From: an uncultured Acidobacteriota bacterium
GTDB taxonomy: Bacteria; Acidobacteriota; Terriglobia; UBA7540
Assembly: GCA_963804995.1 (NCBI GenBank)
Contig: CAWDSK010000008.1
Location: 1 to 64,000 of the forward strand
Length of the DNA stretch: 64,000 nucleotides
Direction of reading: 5' to 3'
Below the pieces are notes generated by a model that had not been told where the DNA came from, made no database searches, and saw only the letters and a list, made by a program, of their open reading frames with translations. Made by a program: the position numbers and the translations under genes. Position 1 is the stretch's first letter. Each line of letters begins with the position of its first letter. This document shows, piece after piece, positions 41,961 to 51,932 of the stretch.

Positions 41961-43773
41961 TTGAAAGTGCCCACGCCGGCGACATACTGGCGAACGCTGC
42001 GCCATTTGCGCTGGTCGCAGCTTGGCTATCTCGCGCTGCGGCGAGCGCTGCCGCGTTCGACCTCGCCCGCCGCGATGCAGTCACCCGTGCGCTTGCGTGA
42101 AGTGACGGGCCCCTGGCCGTACCTTGAGTGGCAACCAGAAGCCTCGCGCAAAATGCTTGCGACGCGCGAATTCACTTTCCTCAATAGAAGCGTTGCGGCG
42201 AACGGGCGCATCCCCTGGAACGATTACCGTCAGGCGAAGTTGTGGCTCTATCATCTCAACTACTTTGATTTCTTGAATGTTGACTTCGCGCTGCCTGAGG
42301 ACGCGCCGACGCTCGCAGCCGCTCTCGAAATCGCGCTCGACTGGTGCGCGCACAATACGCAAGGGAACGAAGTGGGGTGGGAGCCTTATGCGTTATCCGT
42401 TCGGATCGTCAACTGGCTGAAGTTTCTGGCCCGGTACCACCGCCGGCTTGAATCCTTTGGAGAAGGGGAGAAGGTCAACACCCTCGTGGCAAGTCTGGGC
42501 GTACAGGTGGCAACGCTCGAGCGGCGGCTGGAAAAAGATCTCCTGGGCAATCACTATCTCAAGAATCTCAAGGCGCTGTTGTTTGCCGGAGCATGGCTCG
42601 AAGCTCCCGGCAGCGCGCGGTGGTGGTCAAAAGGGGAAGCGGTGCTGGAGCAGCAACTGCACGAGCAAATTCTCGCGGACGGTGGCCACTTCGAGCGTTC
42701 ACCGATGTACCACGCGCAGGTTCTCGAGGACCTTATCGAAATTCGCCTCTTGTGCCGCAGCATGGGAAAAAGGCTGGCATGCTCGGAGATGCTTGCGAAG
42801 ATTCAGTCCATGGCGGAATTCTTGCGCGGAATCCTCCATCCTGACGGTGAGATTCCACTCTTCAACGACTCGGTGCTCGGTGGAGCGCGCCCTCCCGCTC
42901 AATTGTTGGCCCTGGCGGAGTCACCTGATTCCACTATCGCTCGAACCGAGCCTCACGCGATCGTCTTCCCGGAAACTGGGTACGGGGTCATGCGGAGCCC
43001 CGAATCCGCAAGCACCCTGATTTTCGATTGCGGTCCCTTGGGGCCGGACTATCAGCCGGGCCACGGCCACTGCGACCTGTTGAGCTTATGAACTTTCGCT
43101 CCACGGCCAGCGCGTGGTGGTTGACACCGGCGTCAGCACCTACGAGCCGGGCCCGGAGCGTGCTTACGAGCGCTCCACGGCCGCGCACAATACGGTTCGC
43201 ATGGACGGTGAGGAGCAAGCGGAAATCTGGGCGAGTTTCCGCGTGGGTCGCCGCCCGCACGTGGGTCAAATACGCGGAGGCCGCAACGGCGTCTTCCCCT
43301 TTGTCAGTGGCGAACACGATGCCTATCGGCGCTTGGGCGTGGTGCACGCGCGCACCATTCTGTTGCATGCCCCGGATACTTGGATTGTGGCTGACATCCT
43401 TCAGGGCAGCGGGTCACACCGCGTTGAGTCTTTCCTGCATTTCCATCCCGCGGTGCGCGTTGCGGCACTGGCCGACTTCAGGGAAACCAGCGCCTGGCCT
43501 GCCCCTCCGCCGCTGGACGGTGGAATTTGCCGGTCAGTCCTATCTGGCTCACGGCTTACGGTGCCGGCCAGTTTGACCTTCTCAAGAGCTGGTATGCAGA
43601 GCAATTCGGCGATCGCCAACCTTCCACAGTACTTCGTTGGGCGTGGCAGGGGACGGCTCCCTACGGGGATGATTCATGTTTTCACCCCGGCGGGCACTCC
43701 GCTTCCGCCCATTGCGGCGGACTGGCCTGGGAAATTGATCGAGATGGACGGTCACAAGATTCCACTCGGCTGA
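41961..43773 (+). CDS. Heparinase II/III family protein, frameshifted
   Basis: KLWLYHLNYFD, LLGNHYLKN, EQILADGGHFERSPMYH, PGHGHCD, RSTAAHNT. Confidence 0.85.
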
Positions 43774-43791
43774 AAAAAGAGGGTTCGCCTG

Positions 43792-45096
43792 ATGCAGGTC
43801 CTTTATATTTCCCAATACTATCCGCCGGAAACTTGCGCTCCCGCGACCCGGGTGGATTGTTTTACCCGCGAGTGGGTTCGGGCGGGCGCGGACGTCCGGG
43901 TGCTCACAGGTTTCCCCAATCATCCCGAAGGGATTTTGCACGCGGAGTATAGGAAGGCCTGGCGGCGCGGTTTCATGCGCGAGGAACGGGAGGGAGTCAA
44001 GGTTTACCGGACGTGGCTCTACCCTTCCGCCAATCGAAAACTGTGGGGGCGCGGCGCCAATTTCACTTCCTTTGCGCTTTCCGCCGCCGTGGCGGGACCC
44101 TGGCGTGGCACCGCGGCATGGCGTGGTCATCGCTACCTCGCCCCAGATTCTGGTTGGGGTATCGGGGTGGGCAGTGGGAACCCTGCGCTTCCTACCCTGG
44201 GTGTTCGAGGTGAGGGACCTCTGGCCGGAGTCGCTGGTGGGAGTAGGGACAGGCCGACGCCGACTCCCTGCTGTACCGAAGCGTGGGGCAGATTGCCAAT
44301 TTCCTCTATCGGCACGCCACGCATATTGTGGTGGATGGTGAATGGAAGCGACGGCACTTGATCCAGCAGGGAGTGGAAGAGAGAAGAATCTCCGTAATCC
44401 GGAACGGCATCGAGGAGGATTTCTGCCTGGATCCCAACTCCGCTGACGCCCGGTTGGCACGCCTGCAATTGCGGAAGGAGTTGGGGCTGCGTGATGAATT
44501 CGTTCTTCTTTACGCCGGGACACTCGGCATGGCCCACGGTTTGGAGACTGTACTCCAGGCCGCCGAACGGTTGAGAGGCCGCGACGATATCGTGTTCCTC
44601 CTCATGGGCGCCGGCGCCGAGCGCGGGCAACTCTGCCAACTCGTCGAAGGATTGCGACTTTCCAACGTGCGAAATTCTGGAAAAACAGCCTCGGGAGAGA
44701 ATCCCCGCATATCTCTGCGCGGCCGTGGATGCCTGCTTGATTCCGCTGCGGAACAAGGAAGTGTTCAAGACCGCCATCCCCTCCAAAATGTTCGAGGCGA
44801 TGGCAGCGGGGAAGCCGGCGATTCTGGGCGTCGAGGGAGAAGCGAAGGAGATTCTTCTCGCGAGCCAGGCCGGATTGGCCGTGCGGCCGGAAGACCCCGA
44901 GGCCATGGTGGCGGCAATTCTCAGGCTGCGGAACGATCCGTCGCTCTGCCAGGCCCTGGGCCGGAACGGAAGACAGGCGGTGCTGGAAAAATACCTGCGC
45001 CGGACGCAGGCCGCTCAGTACCTGAATCTGCTGGGCGAATTGTGCGCTCGCCAGAAGCTTGTGGCCGCCGCGGTGCCCGTGACTCTCGCGGAGTAA
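43792..45096 (+). CDS. GT4 glycosyltransferase, WbuB-like, frameshifted
   Basis: QYYPPE, TGFPNHPEG, EVRDLWPES, YAGTLGMAHGL, PSKMFEAMAAGKP spread across frames. Confidence 0.85.
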
Positions 45097-45112
45097 TCGA
45101 ACCGGAACAACC

Positions 45113-47349
45113 ATGAAACAACTTATGCAGGACCTGCGGACGCACGAAATTGCGGTGGATGAAGTTCCCGCCCCCGGGTGCCAGCCGGGCGGCGTGCTGG
45201 TAAGAACCGTGGCCTCGCTGATCAGCTCAGGGACGGAACGCGCCACCGTGAAACTGGGCAGCATGAGCCTTCTGGGCAAGGCGCTGGAACGCCCTGACCT
45301 GGTGAAGAGTCTCTTCCAGCGCCTGCGAACCACCGGGGTCGCGAGCGTCGTCGCTACCGTGCGAGCCAAGCTCGACCGGGCAATGGCCACTGGGCTATAG
45401 CGCGGCAGGGGAAGTCCTGGAAGTGGGCGAGGGGGCGCGGGAGTTCCAAGTCGGGCAGCGCGTGGCGTGTGCGGGCATGGGTTACGCCAGTCACGCCGAA
45501 CGGATCTGGGTTCCCCGAAACCTGTGCGTGCCGATTCCGGAAAACGTGGACTACGATTCCGCGTCCTTTGTGGCGCTGGGTTCGATCGCGCTGCAGGGTG
45601 TGCGCGTGGCGGAGGTGAAGATTGGCGAACACGTGGCGGTGCTGGGCCTGGGATTGGTAGGCTTGGTTACCGCACAGATCCTGCAGGCCGCGGGGTGCAC
45701 GGTGTGGGGAGTCGATCCCGATCCCGACCGCGTGGCGCTGGCGCGGGAATTGGGCGTGGCCTTTGCCACTCCGAATTCCGATTTCATCTCCGAAGGTGAC
45801 CTGCCCAGAGCGCGGGGCGCGGACGCGGTCATTATCACTGCGGCGACGAAATCCAACCAGCCCATCGACCTGGCCGGGCAGATCGCTCGCGACCGGGGGA
45901 TCGTGGTTGTCGTGGGGGACGTGCGCGTCGATGTGCCCCGCGAGCATTACTACCAGAAGGAATTGCAGGTGCGGTACTCGCGCTCGTACGGTCCCGGCCG
46001 TTATGACCCGGCCTACGAGGAGAAAGGGATTGATTACCCGCAGGGTTACGTGCGCTGGACGGAGAAGAGAAACATGCAGGCCTTCCTGGACCTGGTGGCG
46101 GCCGGGAAGATTGACCTCGCCCGCCTGGTGACCCATCGTTTTGAGATTGCCCGGGCCCCCGAAGCTTACGAACTGCTCACCGGAAAGCGGCCAGAGAAAT
46201 ACCTGGCCATTCTGATTGAGTATTCCAAGCCCGGAGCGTCTTCCCGGCGCCTGGAACTTCGTCCGCCCCATCCGGAAAGAACGGTCACCAGTCCCAGACC
46301 GGGCAAGATCAGAATCGGCTGGATTGGAGCGGGCAGCTTCAGCCGCGCCAAACTGCTTCCGGCTTTGCGGAAGCTCGACAACCTCGAAATGGTGGGCTTG
46401 GCCAATGCCACGGGCCTCTCCGCCAGCCGGGTGGGGAAAAGCTTCGGGTTCCAATACTGCACGACCGACGCCTCGGAGGTTTTGCACGATCCGAACATCG
46501 ACGCCGTGTTCATCGGCACGCGACACCACCTGCACGGTCCGCATGGTCTTGGCGGCGCTCGAAAACGGCAAGCACGTTTTTGTCGAAAAGCCTTTGTGCG
46601 TGAACGAACAAGAGCTGGAGGCAATTTCACGAGCTCTACGCGCGCTCGGACCGCATCCTCTGCGTAGGTTTCAATCGCCGCTTTTCACCTTTTGCGAGGC
46701 AGTGCAGGGATTTCTTCCGCACCGGCCGCGGGCCGCTTTCTTTTCTTTACAGGGTCAATGCGGGGCGCCTGCCGGAAGGGCACTGGGTGCAGGATCCTGA
46801 GCAGGGCCACGGGCGCGTGATCAGCGAGGTCTGCCACTTTGTGGATTTGTTCGCGTTTCTCAGCGAGGCGCTGCCCACCGAAGTGGAAGCCTGGGCGGTG
46901 GGCGACAGCGCCGACGAAAGATAATGTCCACATCCAGGTGTCCCTGGCCGACGGCTCGAAGGGAGAAATCCTTTACTTGGCGTCCGGCGACGCGAGCGTC
47001 CCCAAAGAACGGTTGGAGGTCTTCGGCCGAGGCCGCACCGCGATTTGTGAAGACTTCCGCAAGGCTCATTACTACCTAATCGAACCGATGTCAAGCAAAA
47101 TCCCTGTTCCAGCAGGACAAAGGGCACCAGAAAGAAATGCGGTGCTTCGTCGACGCCGTTGCCGGGAAAGCACCACCCCCGATACCTTTCGAGAGCCTCT
47201 GGGCAACGACCCTGGCGACATTCCGGATTCGCGAGTCATTGCTCGGCGGCGGCGCTCGCCTGGTGATGGTCCCGGTGGCCATGACCGCGGGCTGCGAGGT
47301 TACTCTGTGTGTTACTGTGGGACCCCCTCACCCGTCCCGACCCGGCTGA
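45113..47349 (+). CDS. Bi-domain oxidoreductase (Zn-binding dehydrogenase + Gfo/Idh/MocA), frameshifted
   Basis: SLISSGTE, GLGLVG, SRSYGPGRYDP, IGAGSF, KHVFVEKP, EVCHFVD. Confidence 0.85.
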
Positions 47350-47393
47350 TGAAAGCGCCGGTTGCGGTCCACCCTCTCCCCAGGGGGCAAGGG
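47323..47393. repeat. Solo copy of the DUF559-associated hairpin repeat
   Basis: CCCCTCACCCGTCCCGACCCGGCTGATGAAAGCGCCGG...CCCTCTCCCCAGGGGGCAAGGG. Confidence 0.8.
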
Positions 47394-47473
47394 TTGTATA
47401 TTCCAAATCCTTGCCACCCTGCAGAAAGCTCAGAAGGAATTTTAAACCAACACGTAACTTAGGTACAACGCGA

Positions 47474-48697
47474 ATGCGCATTCTCACCGTGGTTGGAGCG
47501 CGACCCGAATTTCGTCAAGATTGCGCCTCTCCTGGACGAAATGGGCCGTCATCCCAATATAGAAGCAATCCTGGTCCATACCGGGCAACACTACGATTAT
47601 GAGATGTCGAAGGCCTTCTTCGAGGACCTGGACATACCCGCGCCCCACGTCAACCTGGAGGTGGGCTCCGGCACGGCGGCGAGACAAACCGCCGAAATCA
47701 TGCTGCGGCTGGAGCGGGTGATGGAGGAGACGCAACCCGACCTCGTGGTTGTGGTCGGCGACGTCAATTCCACTCTGGCAGCGGCCCTGACAGCAGCCAA
47801 GATGGGTCTGCCCCTCGCGCACGTGGAAGCAGGATTGCGGAGCTTTGACCGATCCATGCCGGAAGAGGTCAATCGGGTCCTTACCGATGCTATTGGCGGA
47901 TCTTCTTTTCGTCACGGAGCCCAGCGGCGTGGAAAACTTGCTAAGAGAAGGCCGACCGGAGGAGAGAATCTTTCTGGTGGGCAATGTTATGATTGACGCC
48001 CTCGCACGGTTCCTCCCTCAGGCGAAGCGCCATCCGATCCCGCATGAACTGCAAGCGCAAGGCAAGTCCCGCGTCGACTTGACGGCTCCTTATGGACTGG
48101 TGACCCTGCATCGGCCTTCGACTGTAGACAATCTGGCAACGCTTCGCCTGATCTGGGCAGCCTTGGAGGAGATTGCGAAAGAAATTCCTCTGATCTTTCC
48201 CGTTCACCCCCGGACACAAAACCGGATGGAGGAAGGCAGGGCTCTGCGGCTCGCGGCATGACGTATCCAACGGCATCCGCGTCGTCCCGCCGATGAGCTA
48301 CCTGCAGTTTCTGAGACTTCAGAGCGAAGCCACCCTGGTGATTACGGACTCCGGTGGAGTGCAGGAGGAAACCACCGCGCTGGGGATTCCTTGCCTGACG
48401 GTCCGAGAGAACACTGAGCGGCCCATTACCTTGAGCGAGGGTACAAACCTGTTAGTTGGACTCGATGGCCGCCGTCTGGTGGAGGAAGCGCGCAAGGTCC
48501 TTCGGGGTGAAGGGAAGAAGGGGCATGTCCCCAAGCTCTGGGATGGCCACGCTTCCGCCCGCATTGTGCGTACGCTCTTAGGCGCGATGATTCCCGCGAA
48601 GGCGAATCCAGTCTTCATTATTGAAAAAGGTGTTCACATAGAGGGCACAGAGGTTGAGTCACAGAGGGCACGGAGACAAACCGTAAACCCTGTGTGA
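47474..48697 (+). CDS. wecB: UDP-N-acetylglucosamine 2-epimerase, frameshifted
   Basis: VVGARP/NFVK, HTGQHYD, VGDVNST, HVEAGLRS, TLHRP, TDSGGVQEE. Confidence 0.9.
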
Positions 48698-48723
48698 AGA
48701 GCCCTTAAGCCTTCATTAAACCC

Positions 48724-50248
48724 ATGGCTACCATCACAACCGGGCTCGGCAAGTTCGTCGTCCCAGGGGCGGTTTCTGCTGCTGACGGCCCCTCCCTCTA
48801 TGTGCGCCGGGGGAAACGTCTCTTCGATATTGCCGCATCTCTTGCCGGCTTGGTGATCTCAAGCCCCCTCCTGATCTTTTGTGCGCTGCTGGTGCGCCTG
48901 ACCTCCCGCGGGCCTGTGCTCTTCCGCCAGACTCGCGTCGGGTATCTCGGGCGCCCGTTTACGCTCATCAAGTTTCGAACGATGGTGCAGGGAGCCGAAG
49001 CGCTGGGTTCATCCGTGGTGGTCACACGTGATCCGCGCCTGACCCCGGTGGGAACCTTCCTGCGCCGCACCAAGCTGGACGAATTCCCGCAATTCATCAA
49101 CGTGCTGCGGGGGGAGATGAGTTTTGTGGGGCCGCGGCCCCGGGTACCGAGTGAGATCGATCTGAGACGATCCCAGGGAACGCATCCTGCTGAGCGTCCG
49201 GCCGGGGGTAACTTCCTATGCTTCCATTCACCATCGCATGGAGGCTGACTACTGTGCCCGGCAAGCCAACCCGCAGGCGGTCTATCGCACGAACCTCCTG
49301 CCGCAAAAACGCTCTCTCGATTGCGAGTATGTGCAGAACCTGACCTTCCGGCTGGACTTGAAACTGCTGTTGATGACCTTGGTGCTGGTCTGTGTTCCGG
49401 AAAGGTCTCTGGCCAGAGGGCTAAATATATTTGGGCAGGAAGTGCGGCCTTACAGCCGTGGTGCGCAGATGTTGCTCGATCTTGCGGTATACATGGGTGC
49501 GGCCTGGTTGGCTTACACCTTCCGATATGAAGCGGGGTTTCTGGATTTCTATCGCCGGCAGATGTGGTTGTACATGGCCTTCATCCCGCCCTTGCGGGTG
49601 GTGGTGAACCGCTGCCTGGGGGTTTACGACATGATGTGGCGGTACGTCACCCTGGAGGACGCTTCCTACCTGGCGGTGGCACTTGCCCCCGTCACGCTGG
49701 TCCTGTATCGGGCTCCGCCTGGGGCTGCCCACCAGCTCGTGGAAAGCGGTAATGTTCCTCGTCCCGTTGAGCATCATCACCCTTGAATACTTGCTCGCCC
49801 TGAGCGCCGGCCTGGGATTGCGCTGTTTGCGCCGTATTCTTTATGTGCTGCACCATCACTACCAACCCCTTCCCGAAGGAGCGCGCCGCGTCCTGATTCT
49901 CGGCGCCGGCCTGCTGGGGTTGACGACCGCCCAGGACATCCGTCAGTACCCGCACATGAGCCTGGTTGGGTTCCTGGACGACGACCCGACAAAGGACCGA
50001 AGGCTTATGGCGGGATGCCGGGTTCTGGGAAACTCGGCAAACCTGGAAGCTCTTTGTGCCCGCTACAAGGTGACCGACGTGGTGATTTGCGCCAAGTCGA
50101 TCTACCCTGACCGAGGCTGGAACTCCATCGGCGTTGTGAGGTCCTCAGGGTCAAGCTCCACGTACTTCCCAGCCTGGACCGGGTCCTTCGGGGTGAGAGC
50201 GATGGGCCCTTGTCTGCGTACCCGCCTCTTTCCTATGTCAGACAGTGA
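48724..50248 (+). CDS. Bacterial sugar (phosphoglycosyl) transferase fused to a membrane + Rossmann-like domain, frameshifted
   Basis: KRLFDI, KFRTM, DPRLT, LDEFPQFINVLRGEMSFVGPRP; then RVLILGAG and VGFLDDD. Confidence 0.8.
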
Positions 50249-50299
50249 GGGGTTCCTTATCTGCCCCATCGGAGTGGAAAAACTTCCAAGGAGAATATC

Positions 50300-51546
50300 A
50301 TGCGAACACGAAACCGGAGTCTGACGTTTTTCGTACTCTTGATGTTCACGAGGTTCTCGGCTTTTACTCTTGCGGTGGATCGAACGCCAGACGTCGTCGG
50401 CAAGGTCGTCAATTCGTCCAACGCAACAGTAGAAGGGAGCACGTTGTTATCCAACGGCACCATCCTTTCTGGAGAGGCCGTGTATGTTGGTGAGGGCGGG
50501 TCGGTGCTCCTTAGATATTCTCCTACCGGCCGGGCAACTCTTGCCCCGTCAACCCAGGTTCGTTTTAGTAGTGCGAAGGGGAATATCGTGGCGCAACTTC
50601 TTTCGGGAACCGTAGCTGTGGAGAGGGAAGTTAAGGACACCTTCGTGGTGAAGACTTCCACGTACAAGGTCGAGCCCCAAGGTGAGGGGAGGGCCGAGTT
50701 CCTGGTCGCGCTTTTGCCCGACAAGACGAACGATTGTGGAAGCCCAGCATGGAAAGGTCGCGATCACCGAGACCCGTTCAGGTGAGAGCTACACGCTTGC
50801 CGAGGGGCTCCGCGCTGAGATCCTTGCCTCCGCAACTGGATTCCCAGGCCGGGGAACGATGCCGGCGGGCACGGTCATCGGCCAAGCCGTCGCCTCCACG
50901 GGAGCGACCGCGAATGGGAAGCCTCTTTCCAGCGGGGAGTGGATCTTTGACGGCGACCTGGTTTCGACGGGGGCAGCGGGCCGCGCGACCATCCAATTGT
51001 GGCCGACCAACCTCGTTAATCTCAACGAAAACACGTCGGCCAGCTTCACGAGACCCGTGGATCGTGTCTGGTTGCGACTGGAAAACGGCGCCATTGTGGT
51101 TGAGAATACTGGCGAGAATAATGTCCTGATCGTGACGGCGAGATTTCACGTAGACCCAGCCTCGGCAGACCCTTCCAAGATTCGCGTAGAGGTGAGGTCT
51201 GACAACAGCACCTATATCCAATCCTTAGTCGGAAATGTCAAGATCGAGGATAGTCCAATCAGGACAGTCATACCTCTTATCGTCGGGACATGACACGTTG
51301 GTTCCAGCGAACGCGCCGGGTGTCCCCGGGCTACCCCCCTTCGGAACAACCCCTGCTCCCACTCCAACCCCAACCACTCCGCCCAGCGCGTCGAAGCCTC
51401 CGTCGGCCCCAACCTCACATTCCAATACCACTCTCATCGTATTGGGGATCGCTGCCGCAGCCGGAATTGGCGGAGCCGCAGCCGGCTTGGCGGGTGGAAA
51501 GGGTGGCGGCGGTGGCACTCAGCCCGTAAGCCCCTCTGTCCCGTAG
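50300..51546 (+). CDS. Secreted protein with two FecR-like domains and a C-terminal Gly/Ala membrane anchor, frameshifted
   Basis: Two similar beta-rich domains (ILSGEAVYVG / IFDGDLVSTG), Pro/Thr linker, hydrophobic GIAAAAGIGG tail. Confidence 0.6.
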
Positions 51547-51674
51547 GAGCACGGTTTCCATTTTGATATATTCCGGTGATGCTGGCGCAGGTTGGATTAA
51601 ACTCACGGGCTCGAAAAGGCGATGCCCCCATCTCGTTGTATTCGGCCCCTACCGCCCGCCACAACCCCACCTAG

Positions 51675-51788
51675 TGTAGTGTCCAGGAAATGGCTGGACA
51701 ACTGTGTTGGCCGTAGCGCCGGCATCCTGCCGGCAAATGCCGCCAAGATGGCGGCGCTACGATGTCCAGTTAATTACCGGACACCACA
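51675..51788. mobile_element. MITE (TGT...ACA ends, CTAG flanks) carrying a GTAG REP doublet
   Basis: TGTAGTGTCCAGGAAATGGCTGGACA / TGTCCAGTTAATTACCGGACACCACA 26-bp imperfect inverted repeat; CTAG at 51671 and 51789; inside GTAGCGCCGGC...GCGGCGCTAC. Confidence 0.7.
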
Positions 51789-51932
51789 CTAGAAACCCGC
51801 CCGGTGCCAGGGTGGAAAATTCGGATGGATCGCGACTGCAAAGCGATGGTTGCGCCCGAGGAGGCGGGGTGTATACTGCGGTCGGTGAGGCCTGCCAGAA
51901 GGAAATTTAGGACAAGGAAAGTCGGTGTAACC

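Noticed and set aside
47345..47356. CTGATGA inside the DUF559-associated repeat as a hammerhead ribozyme core
   Set aside because: No stem II followed by GAAA, and the copy at 30828 reads CTGGTGA.
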